A stretch of 54,601 nt of DNA. Origin: an uncultured bacterium (GTDB lineage: Bacteria; Latescibacterota; UBA2968). The translations under genes were made by a program, and so were the position numbers. The stretch spans positions 1 to 54,601 of the forward strand of contig CAYYGZ010000003.1 in assembly GCA_964471275.1 (NCBI GenBank), in the 5' to 3' direction. Below, one piece after another: positions 19,354-29,138 of the stretch. How positions within the stretch are numbered: the first letter of the stretch is position 1; the number at the start of each line of letters is the position of its first letter. The notes under the pieces are model-generated. The model was not told the DNA's origin and made no database searches. It worked only from the letters and a program-made list of their open reading frames with translations.

Positions 19354-21000
19354 ATGGACAAACCAGACTTCACACGATTCTACCCTCACGACGACCTGAC
19401 CTCACTTCTCCGGAAGTATGTGTCATCGTTCCCGAAGCTTGCCGCGCTGGAATCCATCGGCAAGAGCCACGAGGGCCGAGACATCTGGGCACTGACAATC
19501 ACCAACCAGGAAACGGGCCCATCCATCGAGAAACCAGGCTTCTATGTTGACGGCAACATTCACGGTAGCGAAGTAACGGCTTCCACGACGGCACTCTACT
19601 GGGCGTGGACGCTCCTCTCCGGATACGGTGAAGACGTGGCACTCACACGTCTGGTGAATGACTGTGCGTTCTACATCATCCCGGTCATCAGCCCCGACGG
19701 CGTGGAACTCGTGCTCACCGGAGGTGGTCACGCCCGGAGTGGCACACGGATGTACCCGCACGAGGAAGAACGTGACGGACTGCACCCGGAGGACATCGAT
19801 GGAGACGACCAAATTCTGCAGATGCGGATAGAAGATCCGAGTGGCGGCTGGAAGATTTCAGACAAGGATCCGCGTCTCCTCGTCCAGCGTCGCTTCAACG
19901 ACAAGGGCAATGGGCCCTTCTATCGCGTCTTCCCCGAAGGTCGGATCAAGAACTACGACGGTGTGGAAGTCAAGAATGCACCACACAGACAGGGCCTCGA
20001 CTTCAACCGGAATTTCCCGGCAAACTGGGAGCCCCAGGTCAAGCAGGGCGGTTCAGGCGAATATCCCTTCTCGGAAACAGAGACCCGGGCAGTCGCGGAA
20101 TTCATCACGAGCCACCCGAACATTCACAGTCTCCACAGTCTGCACACAGGGATGGAATCAATCATTCGTCCGCCAGCGACGCAGACAGACAAGGAGATGC
20201 CACAGGATGACCTGTATCGTGTACGCGAAATCGGATCACTCGGCGTCGGCATTACCGACTACGTCCTCTTCTCCTACCGAAAGCTGAACGACGACATCTA
20301 CGTCGCACACGGGGATTTTGCCACGTGGACATACGAACAATTGGGCCTGATCGTCTTCTGCTGCGAGCTCTGGGACGTCCGCGCGCGGGCCGGCAAGGAC
20401 TACGTCAAGCTCAGCGAAATGAACAAAGAACGCGATCTGGAGGGATTGGAGGACGTCGAGGCCGCAGTTCTCAAGTGGAACGACGACGAACTTGATGGTG
20501 ACGGATTCGTGGATTGGGGTCCTTACAATCACCCGCAGTTGGGACCGGTCGAGATCGGCGGGTGGAAACGGATCTACCGAAACAACGCGCCGCCGCATCT
20601 TCTGGAGAACACGTGTGAGAAGATGTCCGGCTTCCTGAAGGCGCACGCAGAAGCCTACCCCCACCTGCACGCAGAGTTTCACGAAGTAGAGACAATCAGC
20701 GATGACGTTTACCGGATATCGGTCGCGGCAAGCAATCAAGGCTATTTGCCGACAAACGTGACGGCGCAGGCCCTCAAGATGAAGCAGGCGCCGCCCATTG
20801 TCGCCTCGATCCAGCTCGGCGAGAACGATGCAATCATCTCGGGTGACGCGAAACAGGAAATCGGGCATCTGACCGGATATGGCGGACGGCGGAAAGTCGA
20901 GTGGACTGTTCGTTTCTCGGGTTCTCCGGCAGGAACCATCGAGATCGCCAGCAAGAAGGCCGGCACGGTTCGACTGGATATCGGGAATGCCGTGCAGTAG
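19354..21000 (+). CDS. M14 family zinc carboxypeptidase
   Basis: IGKSHEGR, DGNIHGSE (HxxE), SPDG, DFNRNFP, PFSETET, a HSLH zinc ligand and the CELW catalytic Glu region. Confidence 0.9.
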   Translation: MDKPDFTRFYPHDDLTSLLRKYVSSFPKLAALESIGKSHEGRDIWALTITNQETGPSIEKPGFYVDGNIHGSEVTASTTALYWAWTLLSGYGEDVALTRLVNDCAFYIIPVISPDGVELVLTGGGHARSGTRMYPHEEERDGLHPEDIDGDDQILQMRIEDPSGGWKISDKDPRLLVQRRFNDKGNGPFYRVFPEGRIKNYDGVEVKNAPHRQGLDFNRNFPANWEPQVKQGGSGEYPFSETETRAVAEFITSHPNIHSLHSLHTGMESIIRPPATQTDKEMPQDDLYRVREIGSLGVGITDYVLFSYRKLNDDIYVAHGDFATWTYEQLGLIVFCCELWDVRARAGKDYVKLSEMNKERDLEGLEDVEAAVLKWNDDELDGDGFVDWGPYNHPQLGPVEIGGWKRIYRNNAPPHLLENTCEKMSGFLKAHAEAYPHLHAEFHEVETISDDVYRISVAASNQGYLPTNVTAQALKMKQAPPIVASIQLGENDAIISGDAKQEIGHLTGYGGRRKVEWTVRFSGSPAGTIEIASKKAGTVRLDIGNAVQ

Positions 21001-21077
21001 CTGATGGGCACGCGCCCACTCTTGTGCTGTCCAAACCCCTGTCACAAGGTGAAAACCCAATACTCAGGAGTTGAATT

Positions 21078-22268
21078 TTGAGCCTTTACACAACACAGGA
21101 CCATCTGTCTCGTGCACAAGAACTGGTCAACAGAAGCCAAGCACACGGCGGGTTGGCCCCCGTGGACCTCGATCGATTCTGGACGGACGAGGAGTCAGCC
21201 ACGGCTGATCCGTGGGCAGAGACGTGTCCTCAGGTTCCGCTTGGCATCCGAATGGGTACGGAGTGTGCCTTCGACGAGTTCAGCGTAGCCGAAGAATGGC
21301 ACAAGCTCCGGCACGATGAAGAGTACCTCCTGCCTCTATCCAGGCGATACAACGACGCTGCGGAGAAGATCGTCGGGCGGCGCGTGTTGAGAGAGAAGCC
21401 GTCGAACCCGGACCAGGCATGGCCGGAGATCAAGGCCTTGCATGATATCTTCGAGGCCGAAAACCGTTGGGAGGACATGTCCTACTGGCTGATGTCATCG
21501 GCCGGAACGCCCGATCAACTGGCAGCTCTGCTCGATCGGGTCGAAAGGCGCCTCGAGGATCTCCGCTCCTTTATGCTGCCCCCAGACTGGGAGAAGACGA
21601 AGGAGCGAATCACGGCCTCTGGCGGCAAGGTCCCGCTCTACCGTTCTCAGCGAGGTCCCGTCACCTTCGCCATGTCGGTCTACGGCGTTGAGAAGCTGAT
21701 ATACTTGATCGCCGACGACCCGGATCTAGCCGTCCGCTTCTCGGACATCATCGCCCGTGCCATGCTGGAACGCGCACGCGTCCTGGACGTTGAAGCCGGC
21801 TATACGGAAGAGAATGCGCCATCCGGCTTCTACTGGCTCGACGACAATTGTGCGATGCTGAACACGGAAATGTACGAGATGTTTGGATACCCCATCCTTA
21901 AGAAGCTCTTTGATCGCTACAGCCCTGAGCCTGGCGACCGGCGCGGCCAGCACTCCGACTCCGCCATGGGCCACCTCTTGCCCCTGTTGGGGACCCTCGG
22001 GATGACCACGGTCAACCTGGGTCCCACGCTCACGGTCACTGAAATTCGCGAACACTTACCCGATGCGGTCATTCACGGTCAGCTGGCCCCGTTCACTTTC
22101 AGCCGGAACGAAGAGGTGAACATGATCGCGGAATTCCTCCGTGACTTCGAGATGGCCCGGGAGAAGCGCGGTCTGGTATTTGCGACAGCGGGAAGCATCA
22201 ACAACGGATCCATGCTCACGGGCATGCGTCTGATCATGGCAGCCATACAGGAGCACGGACGATACTGA
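21078..22268 (+). CDS. Uroporphyrinogen decarboxylase / MtaA-like family protein
   Basis: RGPVTFAMSVYG, LDDNC, HSDS, IHGQLAP and FATAGSIN; AGGAG RBS with TTG start. Confidence 0.7.
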   Translation: MSLYTTQDHLSRAQELVNRSQAHGGLAPVDLDRFWTDEESATADPWAETCPQVPLGIRMGTECAFDEFSVAEEWHKLRHDEEYLLPLSRRYNDAAEKIVGRRVLREKPSNPDQAWPEIKALHDIFEAENRWEDMSYWLMSSAGTPDQLAALLDRVERRLEDLRSFMLPPDWEKTKERITASGGKVPLYRSQRGPVTFAMSVYGVEKLIYLIADDPDLAVRFSDIIARAMLERARVLDVEAGYTEENAPSGFYWLDDNCAMLNTEMYEMFGYPILKKLFDRYSPEPGDRRGQHSDSAMGHLLPLLGTLGMTTVNLGPTLTVTEIREHLPDAVIHGQLAPFTFSRNEEVNMIAEFLRDFEMAREKRGLVFATAGSINNGSMLTGMRLIMAAIQEHGRY

Positions 22269-22277
22269 CAGAACCGT

Positions 22278-22780
22278 GTGAAGACCGGAATCTACATCAG
22301 CGGCCCCCCTGCTCGGGCAAGTCGACAATCGCCGCCGCCATACTGATTAAGCTCTCGGGAATTGATCATCTCCGCGGCGATGACTGCTGGAGAAGGGTCC
22401 CGGAGCTCCCGTTTACCGAACGGGTTGAACACGTGAACCGGTATCTGCTGGAGGCGGTTCTCGAGGTGGAATCCGATGATGTTCTGTGTGAGTGGGTTCC
22501 GAGTCGCGGGGCATTCGTTTCACAGCTGAGCAGAACGTGCGACTCTTTGGATCGCCGATTCCTTCACGTTATACTGACAGCACCGATCTCAGTTTTGGAA
22601 GCAAGGAAGCAAGAGCGTGACGGAGACACCGACCTGGGACCAGGGGTGAATGAGGAACCTGATCAGGAGAGTAGATACGAATGCTACCTCTTCGACACGG
22701 ATCAGATGGAGACGTGTGTCATTACCGAAAAGATCTGCGGATGGATTCTGGATATCAGGGGGCGTGACACGACAGACTGA
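22278..22780 (+). pseudogene. Small P-loop (AAA_33 / nucleotide-kinase-like) gene frameshifted inside its Walker A motif
   Basis: GTG 22278 gives KTGIYISGP; the other frame from 22310 gives CSGKSTIAAA...HLRGDD... and continues into ORF 22433..22780 (LTAPISVLEARKQER...FDTD). Adding one C to the C6 run at 22304-22309 yields GPPCSGKST. Confidence 0.75.
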
Positions 22781-22823
22781 AGCAGCGTCGCAATTCGCTG
22801 AGATCGTGGTAGGGAGAAAAGCT

Positions 22824-24080
22824 ATGGTGCGGAAGGATCGAATCAGACAAACACTCGATCATGAAGAACCAGATCGTGTGGGCAGAGACTTCGGAAGTAC
22901 GCCGACATCGGGAATACACGTGTCGTGCGTTGCCGCCTTGCGGGATCACTACGGTCTCGAAAGCAGACCGGTAAAGGTGTGTGAGCCCTATCAGATGCTC
23001 GGAGAAGTCGAGGACGACTTGCTCGACGCGCTCGGCGTCGACACAATCGCCCTCCCATCACCGAAGACAATTTTCGGGTNNNNNNNNNNCGAGAACTGGA
23101 AGGACTTCAGGGCGCCCTGGGATCAGGAGCTACTCGTATCGGAACACTTCAATGCAACCGAAGACACCAATGGCGATCTGCTGCTCTATCCGGAGGGCGA
23201 CGTCAGCGCGCCACCGAGTGGTCGAATGCCCGCCGGAGGCTTCTTCTTCGATACGATCATCCGACAGGATCCGATCGATAACGACAGTCTCGACCCGGAA
23301 GACAACCTCGAGGAATTCCAACCCATCTCGGACAACGACCTCGAGCACTATCGTAAGCACGTGCAGAATCTTGTATCGTCGAGGAGGGCAATCGTTGGTG
23401 GCATCGGAGGAACGGCATTCGGTGACATTGCGCTCGTCCCCGCCCCCTTCCTGAAGCACCCGAAGGGGATTCGGGATGTCGAGGAGTGGTATGTCTCGAC
23501 CCTCACGCGTCAGGACTACATACACGAGGTGTTCGAACAGGAGTGTGCGATCGCGACAGAGAATCTGGCACGTGTCCACGCCGTGGTCGGCGAGGCGATC
23601 GATGTGCTGTTCGTCTGCGGGACGGACTTCGGAACTCAGCAGTCTACATTCTGTTCGACGGAGACGTTCTGCAGTCTGTACGCGCCTTACTACGCGAGGA
23701 TCAACGCTTGGGTGCACGAGCATACCACGTGGAAGACGCTGAAGCACTCGTGCGGAGCGGTTGAAAGCTTCATTCCGCACTTCATCGAATCGGGCTTCGA
23801 CATACTCAACCCGGTTCAGTGCTCGGCTGCTGGTATGGATGCGCAGACGCTGAAGAATCAGTATGGTGACAGGATCGTTTTCTGGGGAGGCGGAGTGGAT
23901 ACGCAAAGGACACTGCCCTTCGGCACACCCCAGGAGGTCCGGGAGGAGGTTCTGAAGCGATGCGAGATCTTCGCACCAAACGGGGGCTTCGTCTTCAACA
24001 CGGTCCACAACGTTCAGGCCCAAACTCCCGTCGAGAACCTGGTCGCCATGGTCGATGCGCTGGATGAGTACGACGGATAA
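22824..24080 (+). CDS. Uroporphyrinogen decarboxylase / methylcobamide:CoM methyltransferase (MtaA/CmuA)-like protein
   Basis: HEEPDRV, CGTDFGTQ, KHSCGAV, DILNPVQCSA, FWGGGVDTQ and GGFVFNTVHNVQ; stays in frame across the gap at 23080-23089. Confidence 0.85.
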   Translation: MVRKDRIRQTLDHEEPDRVGRDFGSTPTSGIHVSCVAALRDHYGLESRPVKVCEPYQMLGEVEDDLLDALGVDTIALPSPKTIFGXXXXENWKDFRAPWDQELLVSEHFNATEDTNGDLLLYPEGDVSAPPSGRMPAGGFFFDTIIRQDPIDNDSLDPEDNLEEFQPISDNDLEHYRKHVQNLVSSRRAIVGGIGGTAFGDIALVPAPFLKHPKGIRDVEEWYVSTLTRQDYIHEVFEQECAIATENLARVHAVVGEAIDVLFVCGTDFGTQQSTFCSTETFCSLYAPYYARINAWVHEHTTWKTLKHSCGAVESFIPHFIESGFDILNPVQCSAAGMDAQTLKNQYGDRIVFWGGGVDTQRTLPFGTPQEVREEVLKRCEIFAPNGGFVFNTVHNVQAQTPVENLVAMVDALDEYDG

Positions 24081-24233
24081 CGGATCTCGGGTTCACCGAT
24101 AAACGGGGCAGGCCTCTACTCTGAAATAGGCGTGAGCTATTCTCACAGAACACATCACTTGTCGGTCAGACAGAACTCTGTTAGCACGCTCCTATCTCTT
24201 CTGGGGGACAGGCTATCCACTACTACACGACCG

Positions 24234-24294
24234 ACACCTCCCCTCGACTTCGCTCGGGGCAGGCTCAAAGGACTCGCGCTCAGTGTTACGGTGC
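24234..24294 (+). repeat. REP-like intergenic element, copy 1 (61 bp)
   Basis: ACACCTCCCCTCGACTTCGCTCGGGGCAGGCTCAAAGGACTCGCGCTCAGTGTTACGGTGC matches the reverse complement of 47797-47856 with one indel and two substitutions. Confidence 0.85.
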
Positions 24295-24338
24295 TCTTGA
24301 GGCCGCTCAGTCAGATCCGTGAATAGATCGGACTGGAG

Positions 24339-25202
24339 CTAATCCACTTTCACTCGAACCGCATATCGATTCATGACCTCGTGATCGGACGAGCGAGCTC
24401 TCTGAATCGAATACTCGCTCACTGGCAAGTGGTAATGTGTCTCGGACCGATCCGAGATGAACCCTTCCCCGTACGGCACGCCTCCTGCAACACCGAAGGT
24501 CCCGTCACTGGTCTCGATCCGCTTCCTCGCATAGCTGCCTCCATATCCCTGGCTGACCAGGCAGTCTAGGGCTGCCAGCTTCTTCTCGACCACGTCCGTG
24601 ATATCGATGATTACATCACAGTAGTAACCGCCGTCGGCGTCCCATAGGGATCGCCGCGCCGGGGCAGCCCCCCCACCGTAGTAGAACACGCGCGCGACAC
24701 GGTGCGGCGGACTCGGATCTTCCGTATCGACCTTCAGGGCATTCGATACTGCGTGCATCACGATCTGACCTGCAACGGCGTGTGGGTTCGTGATGCCGTC
24801 CCCTTCCCGGGGAAAGTGTGTCAGAATGATATCTGGCCGCTTCTCACGAAGCAGGGCCGCCAATCGGTTAACGGATTCTGGCGTAACCAGAAGCACCGCG
24901 TCATCCGCACCGAAAAACGTGATATCCTCGACACCCAGGATTCCGCACGCCTTCCGCACCTCCTCCGCCTTGATGTCTGATCGCTCAGCGACGATCGCTT
25001 CCAGCTCTGCACCTGTGGGTACCTGCTCCCTGTGGAACATCTCCTCGCTCACAACTGCATCGTGCACGCGTGCCCCGTGCGTCAGCACAGCGCAGCCTAC
25101 CTGATCTCCGCGAGCGACGTGATGGGCCATTGCACCACCCGATTGATCGAAAATATCTGCGGGATGTGCGCCGATTGAGAGAATCTTCAGCGATTCTGCC
25201 AT
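24339..25202 (-). CDS. PIG-L / LmbE family deacetylase
   Basis: ILSIGAHPAD, LTHG, EVRKACGILGV, RPDIILTH, NPHAVAG and IDITDVVEKKLAAL...SQ; GGAGG RBS. Confidence 0.85.
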   Translation of the reverse strand: MAESLKILSIGAHPADIFDQSGGAMAHHVARGDQVGCAVLTHGARVHDAVVSEEMFHREQVPTGAELEAIVAERSDIKAEEVRKACGILGVEDITFFGADDAVLLVTPESVNRLAALLREKRPDIILTHFPREGDGITNPHAVAGQIVMHAVSNALKVDTEDPSPPHRVARVFYYGGGAAPARRSLWDADGGYYCDVIIDITDVVEKKLAALDCLVSQGYGGSYARKRIETSDGTFGVAGGVPYGEGFISDRSETHYHLPVSEYSIQRARSSDHEVMNRYAVRVKVD

Positions 25203-25462
25203 ACCAACCTCCGTCGTTCACGACCACCACCAACTGCTCCGCGAGCATCTCATCTGTGATCCAAACCCTCTTGGCGCGAACCCCAGGGTCACGGGATCTC
25301 CTCTTACAGCTACCAAGAAGGAGACACCCATTGACATCGTCAACCCTGTGGCTCCTCGCCGATTCTCTCCCTATCTTCTTCCGATAGTACGATCATCGCC
25401 GATCTTGAGTCGTCATCTCACGAGAAGACCCACGACTATTTCGAGGACTGCCGCAGGACCGA

Positions 25463-26647
25463 ATGAACATCGACAAGAAGTACCCCTCGATCCCCGACCT
25501 GGAGTCCGCTGCACTGCCGAGACTTCCCGGATTCGTTCGCGACTACCTGGTTCACGGTATCGGAAACGACGTCAATGTCCGAAAGAATCGCGAGTCCCTC
25601 GATGGTGTGGAGCTCTTGCCGAGGTATCTCTCGGATATGGATCAGCCAAACCTGCAATGCCGGTTGCTTGGACAGGACTACGAAGCGCCGTTTGGCGTCG
25701 CACCCATCGGGCTTGCAGGTCTCATCTGGCCAAATGCCGAGGCCACCCTTGCAGCTGCCGCCAAAGAGAATGGGATTCCGTTTGCGCTGAGTACGGTCTC
25801 CACGATCACATTGGAGAATGCACGCGAGCTCGGGCACGAATACACCTGGTTCCAACTCTACACGCCACGGGATCCTGGAAGTCGTGATGACATCATCCGC
25901 CGATGCGATGAAGCCGGATACGAAACACTGATTGTGACGGTCGACGTGCCCTATGGAACACGCCGTGCACACGACATCCGGAACGGCCTGTCGGTTCCAC
26001 CAAGGTTTAACCTCCGGAACCTCTGGCAGATGATCACGCATCCACCGTGGGCGCTTCGAATGCTCGCTGCAGGCATCCCCAGATTCAGGAACCTCACGCC
26101 CTACTATGATGCAGACACACTCAAGCGACGGCGCTCGGAGATTCAACGATCTGTCCGGTTCATCAAGGACCGGCTGGGCGTACACATATCCCGTCAGGTG
26201 CTCGGCGAAATACGGGCAATCTGGCCCGAAAACCTCGTTGTAAAGGGCGTGCTAGATCCAGAGGATGCCCGGGGATACATCGACGCCGGGGCCGACGGTG
26301 TCATCGTATCCAACCACGGTGGCCGACAGCTTGATGCAGCACCGTCTGCCGTCAGCGTCCTACCCCAGATACGAGAAAGTGTTGGTCCTGACGTTCCCCT
26401 GATCGTCGACGGAGGCGTGCGTTCGGGTCTGGATATCGCACGCTTGCTGGCCCTGGGCGCCGACTTCGTGCTCATGGGGCGTCCCTACATGTTCGCCCTC
26501 GCCGCCATCGGTGCCAAAGGCGGCAGCCACGTCGTGAACATATTCAAAGCCGAACTGCAATCCACCATGGGCCAGCTGGGTTGCCCATCCATCCCGGATC
26601 TCCCCGACTATCTAGTGAGGAAGAGCTTGCCACATCTCGACCCGTAG
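25463..26647 (+). CDS. FMN-dependent alpha-hydroxy acid dehydrogenase/oxidase (LldD / mandelate dehydrogenase family)
   Basis: PFGVAPIG, WFQLY, VTVDVP, LVVKGV, VSNHGGRQLD, DGGVRSG and MGRPY motifs. Confidence 0.92.
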   Translation: MNIDKKYPSIPDLESAALPRLPGFVRDYLVHGIGNDVNVRKNRESLDGVELLPRYLSDMDQPNLQCRLLGQDYEAPFGVAPIGLAGLIWPNAEATLAAAAKENGIPFALSTVSTITLENARELGHEYTWFQLYTPRDPGSRDDIIRRCDEAGYETLIVTVDVPYGTRRAHDIRNGLSVPPRFNLRNLWQMITHPPWALRMLAAGIPRFRNLTPYYDADTLKRRRSEIQRSVRFIKDRLGVHISRQVLGEIRAIWPENLVVKGVLDPEDARGYIDAGADGVIVSNHGGRQLDAAPSAVSVLPQIRESVGPDVPLIVDGGVRSGLDIARLLALGADFVLMGRPYMFALAAIGAKGGSHVVNIFKAELQSTMGQLGCPSIPDLPDYLVRKSLPHLDP

Positions 26648-26712
26648 AACCGCGTGATATCCGGTTCGTCACCCGGCAATCACCCAGAAACTTCGACCAG
26701 ACAGGTAAACCT

Positions 26713-26952
26713 ATGGCCTACGTCGTCCTCATCACCGAAGGGCAGGCATCTGCACAGCTTGCCCGGACCTGGGAACAGGGATCGTCAAGACTCCGCACCC
26801 ACACGCGCTCCGACGGTGCCCTCGTCGTCTACGACACCAATCTTGCTCGCGAGTTCGTCCGTGACGTCAAGGCTCGTATCACAGACGGCAAACTTGTCAT
26901 CTTCCGCTGTGAAGAACCTTACGAAGTTCTCGAGCCTGGGGGTGACACGTGA
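26713..26952 (+). CDS. Small hypothetical protein (79 aa)
   Basis: ATG 26713 preceded by AGGT; coding-like composition; stop overlaps the next start (GTGA). Confidence 0.55.
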   Translation: MAYVVLITEGQASAQLARTWEQGSSRLRTHTRSDGALVVYDTNLAREFVRDVKARITDGKLVIFRCEEPYEVLEPGGDT

Positions 26953-29057
26953 TCGACTATCCGCCACTTGATACGACCTCATCCCGCTTCCCATCTGAAG
27001 CGGATCTCGTCCAACTGATGTGCCGCCACATCCCCTATATCGAGCAGTACTGGCACGAGGACGATCCCGATCACGGCCATTTCGGATCTCTTGATATCTC
27101 CGAGTTCCAGCCTCCCGGTGGGCCAATAAACGAAATGGTCATCCGCTCGATCGGCCAGGAGCTACAGGGCTACGCCGCGCTGTACGGGAGCGCTCATTTC
27201 GATCGCGAGATCGCGGGCATAGAGCGTTCTGTCCTCCTTGACCGTCTGAACCGCTGCACCCGTTGGTGGTGCGCACATCACCTCTCGGGAACACGTCGAA
27301 CCGAGCCCCTTGAGTGGAGCGGCCAGTGGGGAGATGACTGGGAATCCTCCCCCTGGACGGCCGACCTCGCCATGGCGGCCCACCACGTCTGGGATAGTCT
27401 GGATGCGGATGTTCGGGATGGCGTGCTTCGCGTGCTGGCTTTTGAGGCGGATCGCTTCATTGACGTTGACCCGCCAGATGGTCGCTGGCTGGACACCAAG
27501 GCAGAGGAGAACGCATGGGATGCCTACCTGCTGGCCTGGGCGTATTGCCTGCAGCCGGATCATCCGAACGCAGAAGCCTGGCTGGAGGCGGGCAAACGCT
27601 TCGCCGCCAACACATTCACGACGGATCTGGACCGGGTCGACACGAGACTGCTCGACGATCGTCCGGTTAGAGACTGGGTCAGCACACAGACTGCGCATCC
27701 TGACCTGACCGTCGAGAACCACGGTTCATTCCACCCCGGCTACCTGGGCTGCGGCGGCCTGCTGCTTACGGGTCGACTCGCCTTCCAGAAGACAGGTCGC
27801 ACGCCTCCCCCCCATTACGAGCATCACGTCCTAGGTGCCTGGAAGCTCTTGCGACGGTTCTTCCTCTGCAACGGCTTCACTGCCTATCCTTCCGGACAGG
27901 ACTGGTCCTACCACGAGCCAGAGGTCTCGTTCACGCACGCAGTCATGTTCGAGGAGTTCGGTGATCGACTCGCCGGTCATATGCTGTGGCACGGAGTCCG
28001 GTATCTGGATGAATCGATGCGCTACCCGGGCGACGGTCGGTTCAATGGCCGCATGCCGCCGGCAGCGGGGGGCCGCTATTTCCAGTTCGAAACAGGTGTG
28101 ATGGGGCAGCTGGGTTGCCTGACGATCGCCGGTCTCCCGGACATCGAACCCCTCACTGACGAGAAATTCCGACGCGAGGTGATCGGTACGGAGGCCTATC
28201 CGTATGTGTGGCTACAGGTGCGTCGAAGCAGACAGGGGTTCTTCTCGTTCGCGTGGCGGAGCCTCTCCCACGGGGTGATGGGCCTGGTCTGTCCAGCCGG
28301 CGGAGAAAGTATCCTCGGCTCGGATCAGGATGCGTTCACCGGTCGCTTCGAAATAAACGGCGAGCGTCTGAAACCAACCCCGGTCTGTCACACCGACCAC
28401 ACATCCGATTTGGGTTTTACTACCACCGGCATCGTCACCTATGCCGAAGGCAGGATTCGTCAATCGCTTGCGGTCGTGGCACTCGAAGATGGCGAATCCT
28501 CTATCGTCATCGACCGTACAATCGTGGACAGGGATGTTGTCCTCTCGCGCAATGAGGGCTTCGGTCTCTACGTAATGAATGACTTCATGGATGACAACCG
28601 CGTCCGGATTACCTTCGCCGATGGACGCCGCACCGTTAAGGGTGTCGGCGGACAGGCCCGTACGATCGAGACGGGATCTACTTGGATCAAGATAGTGGGT
28701 TGTCTGGGAATCGAGACAGATGGCGAACACATCTTGTACGAGGATGCAGCGGAACGGAACACACCTGAACGCTGGAAGAGCCTGCTTCAGGACCGGGTGT
28801 TTCTCCGCCCGAAGGAAGACGGAGCCGTCGTCAGAGACTATGCGTGCGTGATCCGACAGGGAAGAGCGGGAACACGTCGAACGGGAAGTGGCGTGGAGCG
28901 GTTGACGACCGAACACGAGGATGTTCGGGCCTATCGATTCACAGGTAGACAGGGAACGACAATGATTGTCGCGAATTTCTCGCGAGCTGACCAATTGGTC
29001 GACCTCGCGGGCGATTCTGTGAGGGTCTCGGCCATGGACACCGTTGTGATTACCTGA
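26949..29057 (+). CDS. Large hypothetical protein (702 aa), possibly an alpha/alpha-toroid plus beta-sandwich lyase-like fold
   Basis: Long ORF with a helical, Trp/His-rich N-half (DTKAEENAW, ENHGSFHPGY, YPSGQDW) and a beta-rich C-half. The function is inference only. Confidence 0.75.
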   Translation: MIDYPPLDTTSSRFPSEADLVQLMCRHIPYIEQYWHEDDPDHGHFGSLDISEFQPPGGPINEMVIRSIGQELQGYAALYGSAHFDREIAGIERSVLLDRLNRCTRWWCAHHLSGTRRTEPLEWSGQWGDDWESSPWTADLAMAAHHVWDSLDADVRDGVLRVLAFEADRFIDVDPPDGRWLDTKAEENAWDAYLLAWAYCLQPDHPNAEAWLEAGKRFAANTFTTDLDRVDTRLLDDRPVRDWVSTQTAHPDLTVENHGSFHPGYLGCGGLLLTGRLAFQKTGRTPPPHYEHHVLGAWKLLRRFFLCNGFTAYPSGQDWSYHEPEVSFTHAVMFEEFGDRLAGHMLWHGVRYLDESMRYPGDGRFNGRMPPAAGGRYFQFETGVMGQLGCLTIAGLPDIEPLTDEKFRREVIGTEAYPYVWLQVRRSRQGFFSFAWRSLSHGVMGLVCPAGGESILGSDQDAFTGRFEINGERLKPTPVCHTDHTSDLGFTTTGIVTYAEGRIRQSLAVVALEDGESSIVIDRTIVDRDVVLSRNEGFGLYVMNDFMDDNRVRITFADGRRTVKGVGGQARTIETGSTWIKIVGCLGIETDGEHILYEDAAERNTPERWKSLLQDRVFLRPKEDGAVVRDYACVIRQGRAGTRRTGSGVERLTTEHEDVRAYRFTGRQGTTMIVANFSRADQLVDLAGDSVRVSAMDTVVIT

Positions 29058-29080
29058 ACCAGGACAGCAGCTACCTCAGC

Positions 29081-29104
29081 GTCCATCCTGAGCCTGGCGA
29101 AAGG
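29081..29104. repeat. Degenerate REP-like motif
   Basis: GTCCATCCTGAGCCTGGCGAAAGG lies between convergent genes and resembles CCTGAGC..GTCGAAGG-type extragenic palindromes and the TGAGCCTG core of the 60-bp repeat. Confidence 0.35.
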
Positions 29105-29138
29105 TCCTCTGTGATGATTTCCGGTGCTCTGAACCCAA

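Noticed and set aside
25331..25343. TTGAC-ATC-GTCAA palindrome as an FNR/CRP-type site or -35 box
   Set aside because: The spacer is 3 nt rather than 4, there is no matching -10 element, and it occurs once; too weak to call.
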